Of a stretch of DNA of 64,000 nt, positions 18,230 through 25,888 are shown piece after piece. The position numbers and the translations under genes are program-made. The notes below the pieces were generated by a model. The model made no database searches, was not told where the DNA came from, and worked only from the letters and a program-made list of their open reading frames with translations. Within the stretch, counting starts at the first letter, position 1; every line of letters begins with the position of its first letter. Origin of the DNA: Nanobdellota archaeon (GTDB lineage: Archaea > Nanobdellota > Nanobdellia > Parvarchaeales > Parvarchaeaceae); NCBI GenBank assembly GCA_021802105.1, contig JAKAAW010000001.1, forward strand, positions 8,150 through 72,149, in the 5' to 3' direction.

Positions 18230-19178
18230 TTTCTAACCTCCTTATTCTAAGCTTTTGTTTTGGATACTCATTAGTAATCCCTTCCTTTGCACCGTAATGT
18301 TTTATAACATTGCTAGCATTGTAGCTCCCAAAAGACACAGCCTCGTTCACGTCCTTTTTATCCATTATGGAATTGATAAATCCGGAGAAGAAAGCGTCTC
18401 CTGCACCTACAAAGTTTATCTGTTTTGTCGAGTAGGCTCCAGCTTCATATGTGTCATCGCCGAAAGCTATTAGAGATCCCCTATCTCCTCTTGTTATTAT
18501 GGCAGCGCTTTTGACGGCTTTTCTCAGTCTAGCTAGGTTCTTAAGGTCGTTGCCGTATCCTATAAACCTTTTGGCTTCCTCATCGTTCATGTTTATGATG
18601 TCTATATCCGCGAGTATCGGTTCCATTTTCCTGAGTTTCATGCTCAGCTCAGTAGAACCGGGGTTCATGGCTATCTTTGCACCAGATTCCTTAGCCGTTT
18701 TTACGACTTCAGGGAGTATCTTATAACTGTCTCCCCCTAGCGGTCCTATATAAAGCCATCTTGTCTTGAAGTCAAATTTTATGTCGTCGAGTTTAATCGT
18801 GTTTTCAACGCCCCTATAAATCAAAAGGATCATATGTCCATTTTTCGATACTACTACGTTTGAAAAAGAGCTTTCCCCCTCCGTGCGCACCATATAATCC
18901 GTGCTTATACCTCTACTCTTAAGGTCTTTAAGAATGAATTCAGAGTTCTCATCATTGCCTATCTTAGCTATGCTCGCAACTTTCTTTCCGCATTTTGCCA
19001 TTGTAGCCGCCACGTTGGTTGCGCTACCACCGGTGAATTCTAGAACTTTATCAATCTCGATTTTTTTATCGAGAGGTATCTCCATAAAATTCTTGTTTAT
19101 GCCCGGCTTCAGGTTTCCCCGATTAACAAAAGAGAATATGTCTTTTGTTGCAGAGCCTAACGTAACTATGTCGAACAT
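18216..19178 (-). CDS. PfkB family carbohydrate kinase (probable ATP-dependent phosphofructokinase)
   Basis: GGSATNVA, N..E, GAGDAF; first gene of a glycolytic operon. Confidence 0.85.
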   Translation of the reverse strand: MFDIVTLGSATKDIFSFVNRGNLKPGINKNFMEIPLDKKIEIDKVLEFTGGSATNVAATMAKCGKKVASIAKIGNDENSEFILKDLKSRGISTDYMVRTEGESSFSNVVVSKNGHMILLIYRGVENTIKLDDIKFDFKTRWLYIGPLGGDSYKILPEVVKTAKESGAKIAMNPGSTELSMKLRKMEPILADIDIINMNDEEAKRFIGYGNDLKNLARLRKAVKSAAIITRGDRGSLIAFGDDTYEAGAYSTKQINFVGAGDAFFSGFINSIMDKKDVNEAVSFGSYNASNVIKHYGAKEGITNEYPKQKLRIRRLENGEQ

Positions 19179-19257
19179 ATACTAACTTATTATTGCAGTG
19201 AAATAAAAGCGTTAGGAAAACTCTCCGCAATAAATACTTCAGGCAGCTAAAAGATAT

Positions 19258-19566
19258 TTACTTGTCTTTTTCTAACTCTTTCTGTGCCTCTTGTAGGTGT
19301 TTTGTCGTCTCCTCGACGGATTTGCTGACTTTCTTAAGCCTGAACTCTAAGATTTCAAGTTTTTCTTTCATAGCCGCTTCTATGTCCATCTTTCCCTTTT
19401 TGATTAAGACCTGCCCCACCATTTCGTATATTTGATCTGACTCAGACGATTTAGCCACTTCGTCGAGAGTTCTTTTTACCTCGTTGTATTGTAGCTGGAA
19501 AGTCTGTTTTTGGGTCATGTCAACCTGCAGCTGCTGTCTTAGATTCTCATATTCCGATTCATTCAT
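19258..19566 (-). CDS. pfdB: Prefoldin beta subunit
   Basis: Coiled coil with IYEMVGQVLIK hairpin; conserved position after pcc1. Confidence 0.88.
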   Translation of the reverse strand: MNESEYENLRQQLQVDMTQKQTFQLQYNEVKRTLDEVAKSSESDQIYEMVGQVLIKKGKMDIEAAMKEKLEILEFRLKKVSKSVEETTKHLQEAQKELEKDK

Positions 19567-19811
19567 AGTTCATCTATCTCCTCCATAGTCGATATGGCAT
19601 TAAGATATGTGCTTATTACCGACTGTAATAATTTAGTATTCTTAGTTTTTATGTCTATATACAGGTTGCCACCACTACTTTTTACATCAGCTGAAATCTT
19701 TTCCGTGCTTCTTACATTGTCTAATATGGCAGCACGCACGCTTTTTATAAAATCAGCCTTTCCTTTTAGGACTATTCTTGCACTGTTGTCCTTCTCATCT
19801 GGCTTTGACAT
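19563..19811 (-). CDS. pcc1: KEOPS subunit Pcc1
   Basis: Size, LYIDIKT....LQS.I..YL pattern, position between rpoP and pfdB. Confidence 0.7.
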   Translation of the reverse strand: MSKPDEKDNSARIVLKGKADFIKSVRAAILDNVRSTEKISADVKSSGGNLYIDIKTKNTKLLQSVISTYLNAISTMEEIDEL

Positions 19812-19935
19812 GGTGTCCTGTCTCAGGCCGCTTTTTAACTAAGATTCTACCCCCACAGTATGGGCATCTTATTATGTCCTTTATCTCAGTGGAATCGACT
19901 GTTGCACCACACGAAAAACACGAATATCTTACCAT
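19795..19935 (-). CDS. rpoP: RNA polymerase subunit P (Rpo12), missed by the ORF track
   Basis: MVRYSCFSCG...IRCPYCGGRILVKKRP..HHVKAR, 46 aa. Confidence 0.93.
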   Translation of the reverse strand: MVRYSCFSCGATVDSTEIKDIIRCPYCGGRILVKKRPETGHHVKAR

Positions 19936-19936
19936 A

Positions 19937-20134
19937 TCAGCTCAAAGATTTTACCGTCATTGTATATGCGCCGTCGGCTATCTCTAGTCCACAGCGTTTG
20001 CAGGTCCAGACACCGCTATACAGGCGTTTCATCGATAATTTCCTGCACTGAGGGCATTTGTATTTCTGTGAGCGCAACTGCTCTATCTTTTCAAGTCTCC
20101 TTCTCACACCCACACCGTATCTGGCGGTTCTCAT
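19937..20134 (-). CDS. rpl37ae: 50S ribosomal protein L37ae (eL43), N-terminally short
   Basis: ARYG..RR, CPQC...KR...GVW.CKRC...GAY. Confidence 0.93.
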   Translation of the reverse strand: MRTARYGVGVRRRLEKIEQLRSQKYKCPQCRKLSMKRLYSGVWTCKRCGLEIADGAYTMTVKSLS

Positions 20135-20230
20135 ATTCTTTTCTTTTGAAAGTTCAGCTATTTAAAGCTTAAAAAAGCGTAAATTTCACATTTTGAAACA
20201 GATTTATATTACGTAATTGGTTTAATAGCT

Positions 20231-21232
20231 ATGAAAAATTCAGCAGCTCTACCCCTATTGGTGATCGCATTGCTGGTTATAGGGGCGTCATACGGATTTT
20301 CACAGTCTTTGTCTGGGTTGCCGAGCGGAATAAGTGGCGCAGGCGTCGCCTACATAAATATAACCGATATGATAACACAGTCGTCTTCCACCTCTGCTTT
20401 GGTAGGCGTAACCTATACAGTAAGATACAACGGCTCAGGAAATCTTAATTTCACACTGATAAAGGCGAATGACATAAAGCTGCTGAAGAACGGCACGGCT
20501 TATAAATTTTCCAGGATTCTGTCCCCTACATGTACGGTATTTCTGCAGGAATCTGTAAACTGTACGACTATACTCATAAACAATGCAACTTACAACGACG
20601 TGTTTACGCTCTCCTATGATTATAGAATGGATTATCCCATAAACAACAAGGACATATTCAATTACACGTTTGTTTTCATACCGTCGACCCCGACGCAACT
20701 TAACATTAAAACTTTTCTTCCTCAAGGCGCATTCCTTCCTAATTCAACATACTATAGCCCATCCAACGCAGTCTTCACTTCAAATGGAAACACTATAGAA
20801 GTAGTATGGTCCCTTTTTCAGGTGACAGCGGCTCCTCTTCCTCTTCCATTCTCAGTTTCCTATGAGCTAAATTCTTTTAGTCCAAACGCCTCTGGCTTTC
20901 CAATAAACGCCGGTACTGTCATTATAATAATTATAGTAATAATCTTGGTACTAATGGGCATAGTTGTTTTAACCAAGAACAGGAAGGGAAAACCAGACAT
21001 CAAAGAAGCCAAACCAAAAAAGAGAACTAGCCCTCTCGTAAAGGTTCTAAACGACAATGAGAGAAGAATACTGGGAATGCTAAAGAGAGATGCATTTATA
21101 ACGCAGAAAGAACTTACATCAAAAACGGGTTTCTCCAAGGCCAAGATGAGTAAAATACTGTCAAAACTATCTAGGCTTAAATTGATAAAAGTAAAACCAG
21201 ATGGCAGACTTAACAAAATCAAGAGAGTCTAA
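20231..21232 (+). CDS. Membrane-anchored protein with extracellular beta domains and C-terminal winged HTH (COG2512-like)
   Basis: Signal peptide, TM helix, then L..NER.I...ITQKEL...GFSKAKMSKILSKL...G..N. Confidence 0.75.
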   Translation: MKNSAALPLLVIALLVIGASYGFSQSLSGLPSGISGAGVAYINITDMITQSSSTSALVGVTYTVRYNGSGNLNFTLIKANDIKLLKNGTAYKFSRILSPTCTVFLQESVNCTTILINNATYNDVFTLSYDYRMDYPINNKDIFNYTFVFIPSTPTQLNIKTFLPQGAFLPNSTYYSPSNAVFTSNGNTIEVVWSLFQVTAAPLPLPFSVSYELNSFSPNASGFPINAGTVIIIIIVIILVLMGIVVLTKNRKGKPDIKEAKPKKRTSPLVKVLNDNERRILGMLKRDAFITQKELTSKTGFSKAKMSKILSKLSRLKLIKVKPDGRLNKIKRV

Positions 21233-21234
21233 CC

Positions 21235-21564
21235 ATGCAAAACAAGGTCAAAGGTTACCGTGCCGAAAGAAAGATGAGATTAATCCTTGAGGGTTATGGC
21301 TGGAAAGTAGTCAGGGCTGGCGGTAGCTTGGGCGAATATGATATAATTGCCTTCAAAGAGGGAAAGTGCATCTTTTTTCAGGTAAAATCGACGGGGAGGG
21401 AAGTATTTTATTACTATGGTTATCCTGAAGACACATATGAGGGTTTTCCATTTAGATTGATAGTTGACTTTGGCAGAGGGTGCGTCAGGGTTTTAAAGCC
21501 GAAAAAGACAGTACGAAAGGACGATGGGGAAGATTTCAGCGAGTTTGTCCGTTCACAGTCATAA
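21235..21564 (+). CDS. hjc: Holliday junction resolvase Hjc
   Basis: KG.RAER, V.RAGGS, YDIIA, QVKS. Confidence 0.88.
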   Translation: MQNKVKGYRAERKMRLILEGYGWKVVRAGGSLGEYDIIAFKEGKCIFFQVKSTGREVFYYYGYPEDTYEGFPFRLIVDFGRGCVRVLKPKKTVRKDDGEDFSEFVRSQS

Positions 21565-21643
21565 ACTCGCAGTGAAACAGTTTCCAACAGTTTCATAGGA
21601 GTCTTTTAATAATAACATTTTGTAATGGAATTTATTAAAAGAT

Positions 21644-21688
21644 GGTTTTTGTGTTTACTCGGGCACAAAAGCCGTCTTTTTTATTTTT
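21644..21688 (+). terminator. Hairpin plus T-tract after hjc
   Basis: GGTTTTTGTGTT...GGCACAAAAGCC (G-U pairs on + strand) followed by T-rich run. Confidence 0.5.
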
Positions 21689-21709
21689 CTTTGCGTTAAG
21701 TTTAAATTT

Positions 21710-21874
21710 TTACCCAAACACTGTAGACGCTACCAATACAACTGTTATAAGTGCTACACCCAGAACTATAACAACATACGGTTTAATGGTTATCTTACTT
21801 TTGTACTCTGAGTAATACTGTACCAGTCCTCCAAACGATGATGGCATCCTCGCTTGTCCTTTCTTCCCTAACAT
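21710..21874 (-). CDS. secG: Preprotein translocase subunit Sec61beta/SecG, missed by the ORF track
   Basis: MPSSFGGLVQYYSEYKSKITIKP plus C-terminal TM helix, 54 aa. Confidence 0.88.
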   Translation of the reverse strand: MLGKKGQARMPSSFGGLVQYYSEYKSKITIKPYVVIVLGVALITVVLVASTVFG

Positions 21875-21884
21875 AACTTATACT

Positions 21885-22427
21885 CTAAACAGCTTTGTTA
21901 TTAAAGCTTTCCACGTGCGTCATTTCTTTCAGAGCAGGGATAGATGTCTGCGCAGCACCCGTATGGACATCAAGTGGATAACCTATAGGTATAATCCCTC
22001 TAATAACGTACTTGTTAGGGATATTTAATAGCTTTTTAACAAGATCCTGCTGCACAGTCGCTATCCATGCGCTACCAAGCCCCTGTTCAGCAGCGTAAAG
22101 TAATATGTTCTCAATTGCCAGAGATGCGTTTTCTATGCAGAAAGTTCTTGTATCTTCCGCATCGAACGCAGCATTAAGTTTTGACGGGTCGCACATAACT
22201 ATTATTATGAATGGGGCGGAGTTTATATTAGGAGTCAGGCACAATTTGCTTATTTCATCCTTTTTCGGCTGTTCTGAAACAACAACAAATTCGTATTCAT
22301 GTATTCCACCTGCAGCAGGAGCCAAGCGTGCCGCATCTAATGCCTTTATTATGGTTTCCTCCTTAACGAGCTTTGATGAGAAAGAGTATACGGTGTTTCT
22401 GTTCTTTATTATATCATACAGGTCCAT
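21885..22427 (-). CDS. Nitroreductase family protein
   Basis: IKNR.TV..F, AARLAP, ENILL.A...GLGS.W, IPIGYP. Confidence 0.9.
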   Translation of the reverse strand: MDLYDIIKNRNTVYSFSSKLVKEETIIKALDAARLAPAAGGIHEYEFVVVSEQPKKDEISKLCLTPNINSAPFIIIVMCDPSKLNAAFDAEDTRTFCIENASLAIENILLYAAEQGLGSAWIATVQQDLVKKLLNIPNKYVIRGIIPIGYPLDVHTGAAQTSIPALKEMTHVESFNNKAV

Positions 22428-22476
22428 ATACTATAGAATATGAAAATACATTAATTTATAGATGTTTAGGCTTGCC

Positions 22477-22668
22477 TTAAGAATAATTCTCGATAAGTTC
22501 TGCTAGGATGTTCGATTTGCCGCCGGTCGACTTGGCTAGCATTTCATCACATACCAGGCACTTCACATCTGAAGCTGCTTTTGTAAATATTATCTGCTCA
22601 TTCTTGCACTTAGGGCATCTCACTTTTGCAAAATGACTCTCCGTCGGTTTAAAAACTATCTCTTCCAT
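22477..22668 (-). CDS. rps27e: 30S ribosomal protein S27e
   Basis: VRCPKCKNEQ..F..A...VKC.VC...LA..TGGK. Confidence 0.95.
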   Translation of the reverse strand: MEEIVFKPTESHFAKVRCPKCKNEQIIFTKAASDVKCLVCDEMLAKSTGGKSNILAELIENYS

Positions 22669-22669
22669 A

Positions 22670-22963
22670 TCATTTGATTTCTATCTTCTTGGCTTTGTTG
22701 CCACGAGATTGTGTCGTCATTTTACCGCATTTCGTGCATTTATATCTTATATCATATCTTTTCGTCTGCTTTACACCCATTCGTTTGGCGTGCTCGAACA
22801 TCGGGTAAGGCGTTGATCCATATCCGTGCTCTATGTTGTAGAGCTTCCTACGACTGCCAGCAGTCATAGTACCTCTCTTTCCACCCTTTACCTGGACGAC
22901 CTTCTGCAGAGTGTGTTCTTTGCAGTGCGGGCAATATCTCTTTACTTGACTTGGGAACTTCAT
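22670..22963 (-). CDS. rpl44e: 50S ribosomal protein L44e (eL42)
   Basis: YCPHCKEHT, GYG, KQTK...R.KC..CGK; upstream of rps27e. Confidence 0.93.
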   Translation of the reverse strand: MKFPSQVKRYCPHCKEHTLQKVVQVKGGKRGTMTAGSRRKLYNIEHGYGSTPYPMFEHAKRMGVKQTKRYDIRYKCTKCGKMTTQSRGNKAKKIEIK

Positions 22964-23069
22964 TTCCTTTTATAAGAAACCACCTATTTAAATGTTTTCC
23001 TTTCTTGGAAAGCGCTAAAATTAGCGGTTATGTCATAAACGATATAAATGTGCGGTGCGTTCTACCTCT

Positions 23070-25493
23070 ATGAGATTTTATGCAGCACCCTTGCTCATAA
23101 TTATATTAGTACTGTCTGTAGGCGCATCCCACGGCGCGCAGATATCACTAAACATTCATGAGATACCCTTTTCCGGTGTTTCGTGCACTGACCTTTCACC
23201 GTCACAGATCCAAAATGCGTACGGTTTTAACTCTCTATACAATATGGGCATCAATGGAAATGGCCAAAACGTAGCAATAGTTGTTGCTCAGGGCGATCCA
23301 ACTTTGTCCAGCGACTTGGCGGCTTTTGACTCACAATATGGTCTACCATCCCTCGTGAACGGGTCTAATCTTATACTATCTTACCCTTTCGGAGATCCAT
23401 CTTTTAATTCAAAGAACTGGACTGTCGAGACAGCCTTAGACGTTGAAGTTGTTCATTCTCTTGCGCCGCGTGCAAATATATATTTGGTAATAGCGCCAAA
23501 CGACAGCTGGCTGTTCAATGCGGTTAACTATACTATACAAAATTTGCCAGTACAAGTTATCTCACTTAGCTGGGGTGCCTCTGAGCAGTATTATTCCGCT
23601 TCTCAGGTAAACCAGATTAATAATATACTCTCTGCTGCACAAGAGAGGCACATAAGCATATTTGCGGCAAGTGGAGACAGTGGCGCGTACAATGGGTTAT
23701 CTACTTTAAATGTGAATTTCCCAGCATCCAGTCAGTATGTCATTGGGGTTGGAGGAACATCTCTATCTGCTACCTCTTCAGGCTCTTACCTAAGCGAAAC
23801 CGCTTGGAGTGGAAGCGGTGGTGGCTACAGTGCGTTCTTTCCAAAACCAGCACCTCAGCCGAATATAAGTTCTTACAGAATGGTACCTGATGTGTCTTTT
23901 AACGCAGGTACTCCCATATGTGCTTATATAAGTTCTGCTTGGGGAGGGTATTATGGTACTAGCGTAGCCGCCCCATCATGGGCAGCCATCAGTGCTCTTG
24001 TAGATCAGAGAGGAGGCGGCAGCGGAGTGGTGTCACTGAAAAGTCTTTATAGCGCGTTCTATTCCGAAGGAGGCATTGCGTATAATCTGATAAGCAGCGG
24101 CAACAACGGCTATTACTCTGCGAACGGCGGATACAGTCTGGTAACCGGGATAGGTAGTCCTAAAGTATATGCTCTAGCGCAGATACTAACAAAGGCATCA
24201 TACAAAATATCCTTTTCTGCGCTGGGTGCTGGCGCAGTTTTCGATATAAACGGAATAAACTACTCTGCACCATTTTCTCTAAATTTCAGTTACGGCCAGA
24301 AGGTATCCATGGGTGTATATGCACCATCCCATAATATGAGTAAGCGCTACGCTTTCGTTTCATACAGAGGTTTTTACAACTCAACGAATAGGACCGCAGA
24401 GTTTTATGTTGATAGCTCTGGAAACGTGACAGCTAATTTCAAAACACAGTTCGCAATAAATGAGGTTAATATAGGTGGTAACGTTAACACCACTGTATAT
24501 GCAGATAATGGAACATACTTTACCGCTTCCAGCCAGCTAAACTACATCCTATCAGGGAAAAGCTTTTCCCTTGTCGGGATAAAAATAGGTGAAAATAGCT
24601 TGGTGTACAATTCGTCTCTCCGCTTCTTTGTCAGCTCGCCTACAAGGGTCAATTTTTTGTGGAGAATAGGCAGCGTGTCAAAATTCATAATATCTGGTGT
24701 ACCACAGGGTGCCAGAGCCACCGTAAACTATACTAATTACGTTCCGCTCTCCAACAGAACAAGTACATACACAGCACTGGTCGGAAACGGAGAATCTATA
24801 CCCGTTATAGTAGGATCGAAACTGAATTACAGTGGACAGATATACCTCTCTGGATATAGATATTTTCTCCAGCCATCCAGTATCTTATCTGCGCCGGGCA
24901 TACAACTGAGTTTTGTAAAAGAATTCAGATATGTACTAACTTTCGTGTCAGCGGATAATTCAACGCTTTCTCCCACGGAAATATCCGTACTAAGTGCGTC
25001 TGCAAATAGTACCTTTTCCAACGATACAATATGGGTCCCTATCAGTGAGAATTTTAAGGTAAGTTCCGTGGAGCTTAACAATAACGGCTTCAACGCTTTA
25101 AACCACAACATAACCCTGTCTCAATACAACTATAGCTCTCCGATAAAACTACCGGTGTCCGATGTTAGCGTTCTAGTCAAGTTATATTTAGGTATACCAG
25201 TTATAGGCGCAGCCGTAAAGTTCAGTTATGACAACCTGTCGATAGAGAACTCTACAAGCAATCTTGGATCGGCACAGTTCAGCGATGTACCGAATTCTGG
25301 GTACAGTATAACAATAATGGCGTATGGGAGCAACTATACATTCTCAAATGTTTATGGTAAGAACCCGTCGTTCCAGATAAATCCTTTTATGTACCAATTA
25401 TATGTCGCGATAGCAGCGATAAGTCTTGTAATACTAATCTTTTCCGTGTGGGAAGAGCTTATGCACAGGAAAAAGAAGAGAAGCGCACAATAG
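23070..25493 (+). CDS. S53 (sedolisin) family peptidase with C-terminal beta repeats and TM anchor
   Basis: ETALDVE, SWG, AASGDSG, VGGT, PDVS, GTSVAAP, VTGIGSP; signal peptide; C-terminal TM and basic tail. Confidence 0.9.
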   Translation: MRFYAAPLLIIILVLSVGASHGAQISLNIHEIPFSGVSCTDLSPSQIQNAYGFNSLYNMGINGNGQNVAIVVAQGDPTLSSDLAAFDSQYGLPSLVNGSNLILSYPFGDPSFNSKNWTVETALDVEVVHSLAPRANIYLVIAPNDSWLFNAVNYTIQNLPVQVISLSWGASEQYYSASQVNQINNILSAAQERHISIFAASGDSGAYNGLSTLNVNFPASSQYVIGVGGTSLSATSSGSYLSETAWSGSGGGYSAFFPKPAPQPNISSYRMVPDVSFNAGTPICAYISSAWGGYYGTSVAAPSWAAISALVDQRGGGSGVVSLKSLYSAFYSEGGIAYNLISSGNNGYYSANGGYSLVTGIGSPKVYALAQILTKASYKISFSALGAGAVFDINGINYSAPFSLNFSYGQKVSMGVYAPSHNMSKRYAFVSYRGFYNSTNRTAEFYVDSSGNVTANFKTQFAINEVNIGGNVNTTVYADNGTYFTASSQLNYILSGKSFSLVGIKIGENSLVYNSSLRFFVSSPTRVNFLWRIGSVSKFIISGVPQGARATVNYTNYVPLSNRTSTYTALVGNGESIPVIVGSKLNYSGQIYLSGYRYFLQPSSILSAPGIQLSFVKEFRYVLTFVSADNSTLSPTEISVLSASANSTFSNDTIWVPISENFKVSSVELNNNGFNALNHNITLSQYNYSSPIKLPVSDVSVLVKLYLGIPVIGAAVKFSYDNLSIENSTSNLGSAQFSDVPNSGYSITIMAYGSNYTFSNVYGKNPSFQINPFMYQLYVAIAAISLVILIFSVWEELMHRKKKRSAQ

Positions 25494-25504
25494 CTATTAT
25501 TTAT

Positions 25505-25846
25505 AAAGTATGAGCGGAAAACTCACGATTTGAATCGTGGGATGAAAGCGGACTCAGAAATGGAAAACATAAATAGCGAAAGAGGTAGAATAACGATATG
25601 TTGACAGCATACAGGTTCAGATTGTATCCAAACAAAGAGCAAATAGAGACATTCTCCAAGTACTTCGGTTGCAGCAGAGTGGTATGGAACAAAGCCCTAG
25701 AGTTGAGAGAAAGCTATCACAAAGAGCATAAAAATGATAGGGTCTACGAGCCACGGTCTAGAGAAACAGGAACTATACGCCATGAGAAAGCTCAAGCTTT
25801 CAACAGGGGCTGGAATATCATGAATTCATTTGTGGGAGGATGTCAC
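25505..25846 (+). mobile_element. Internally deleted IS200/IS605-family (tnpB-type) element, copy 2
   Basis: Left-end hairpin CTCACGATTTGAATCGTGGG; tnpB N-terminus at 25598; right end GTGGGAGGATGTCAC; TTTAT upstream. Confidence 0.88.
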
Positions 25847-25852
25847 AATTAA
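25598..25852 (+). pseudogene. tnpB: tnpB N-terminal remnant
   Basis: AYRFRLYPNKEQ...FGCSRVVWNKAL, then reads into the right end. Confidence 0.85.
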
Positions 25853-25888
25853 GGAGGTAAATCATTATATGGACAGACTCAGCATCTT

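Noticed and set aside
21624-21698. 24-aa ORF MEFIKRWFLCLLGHK...
   Set aside because: Very short, no promoter or SD support, and it overlaps hairpins better explained as RNA structure
25598-25852. Functional nuclease-dead TnpB (TldR-like) repressor of pilus genes
   Set aside because: Only about 50 residues of TnpB remain, too little to bind guide RNA or target; any such role would need a protein in trans
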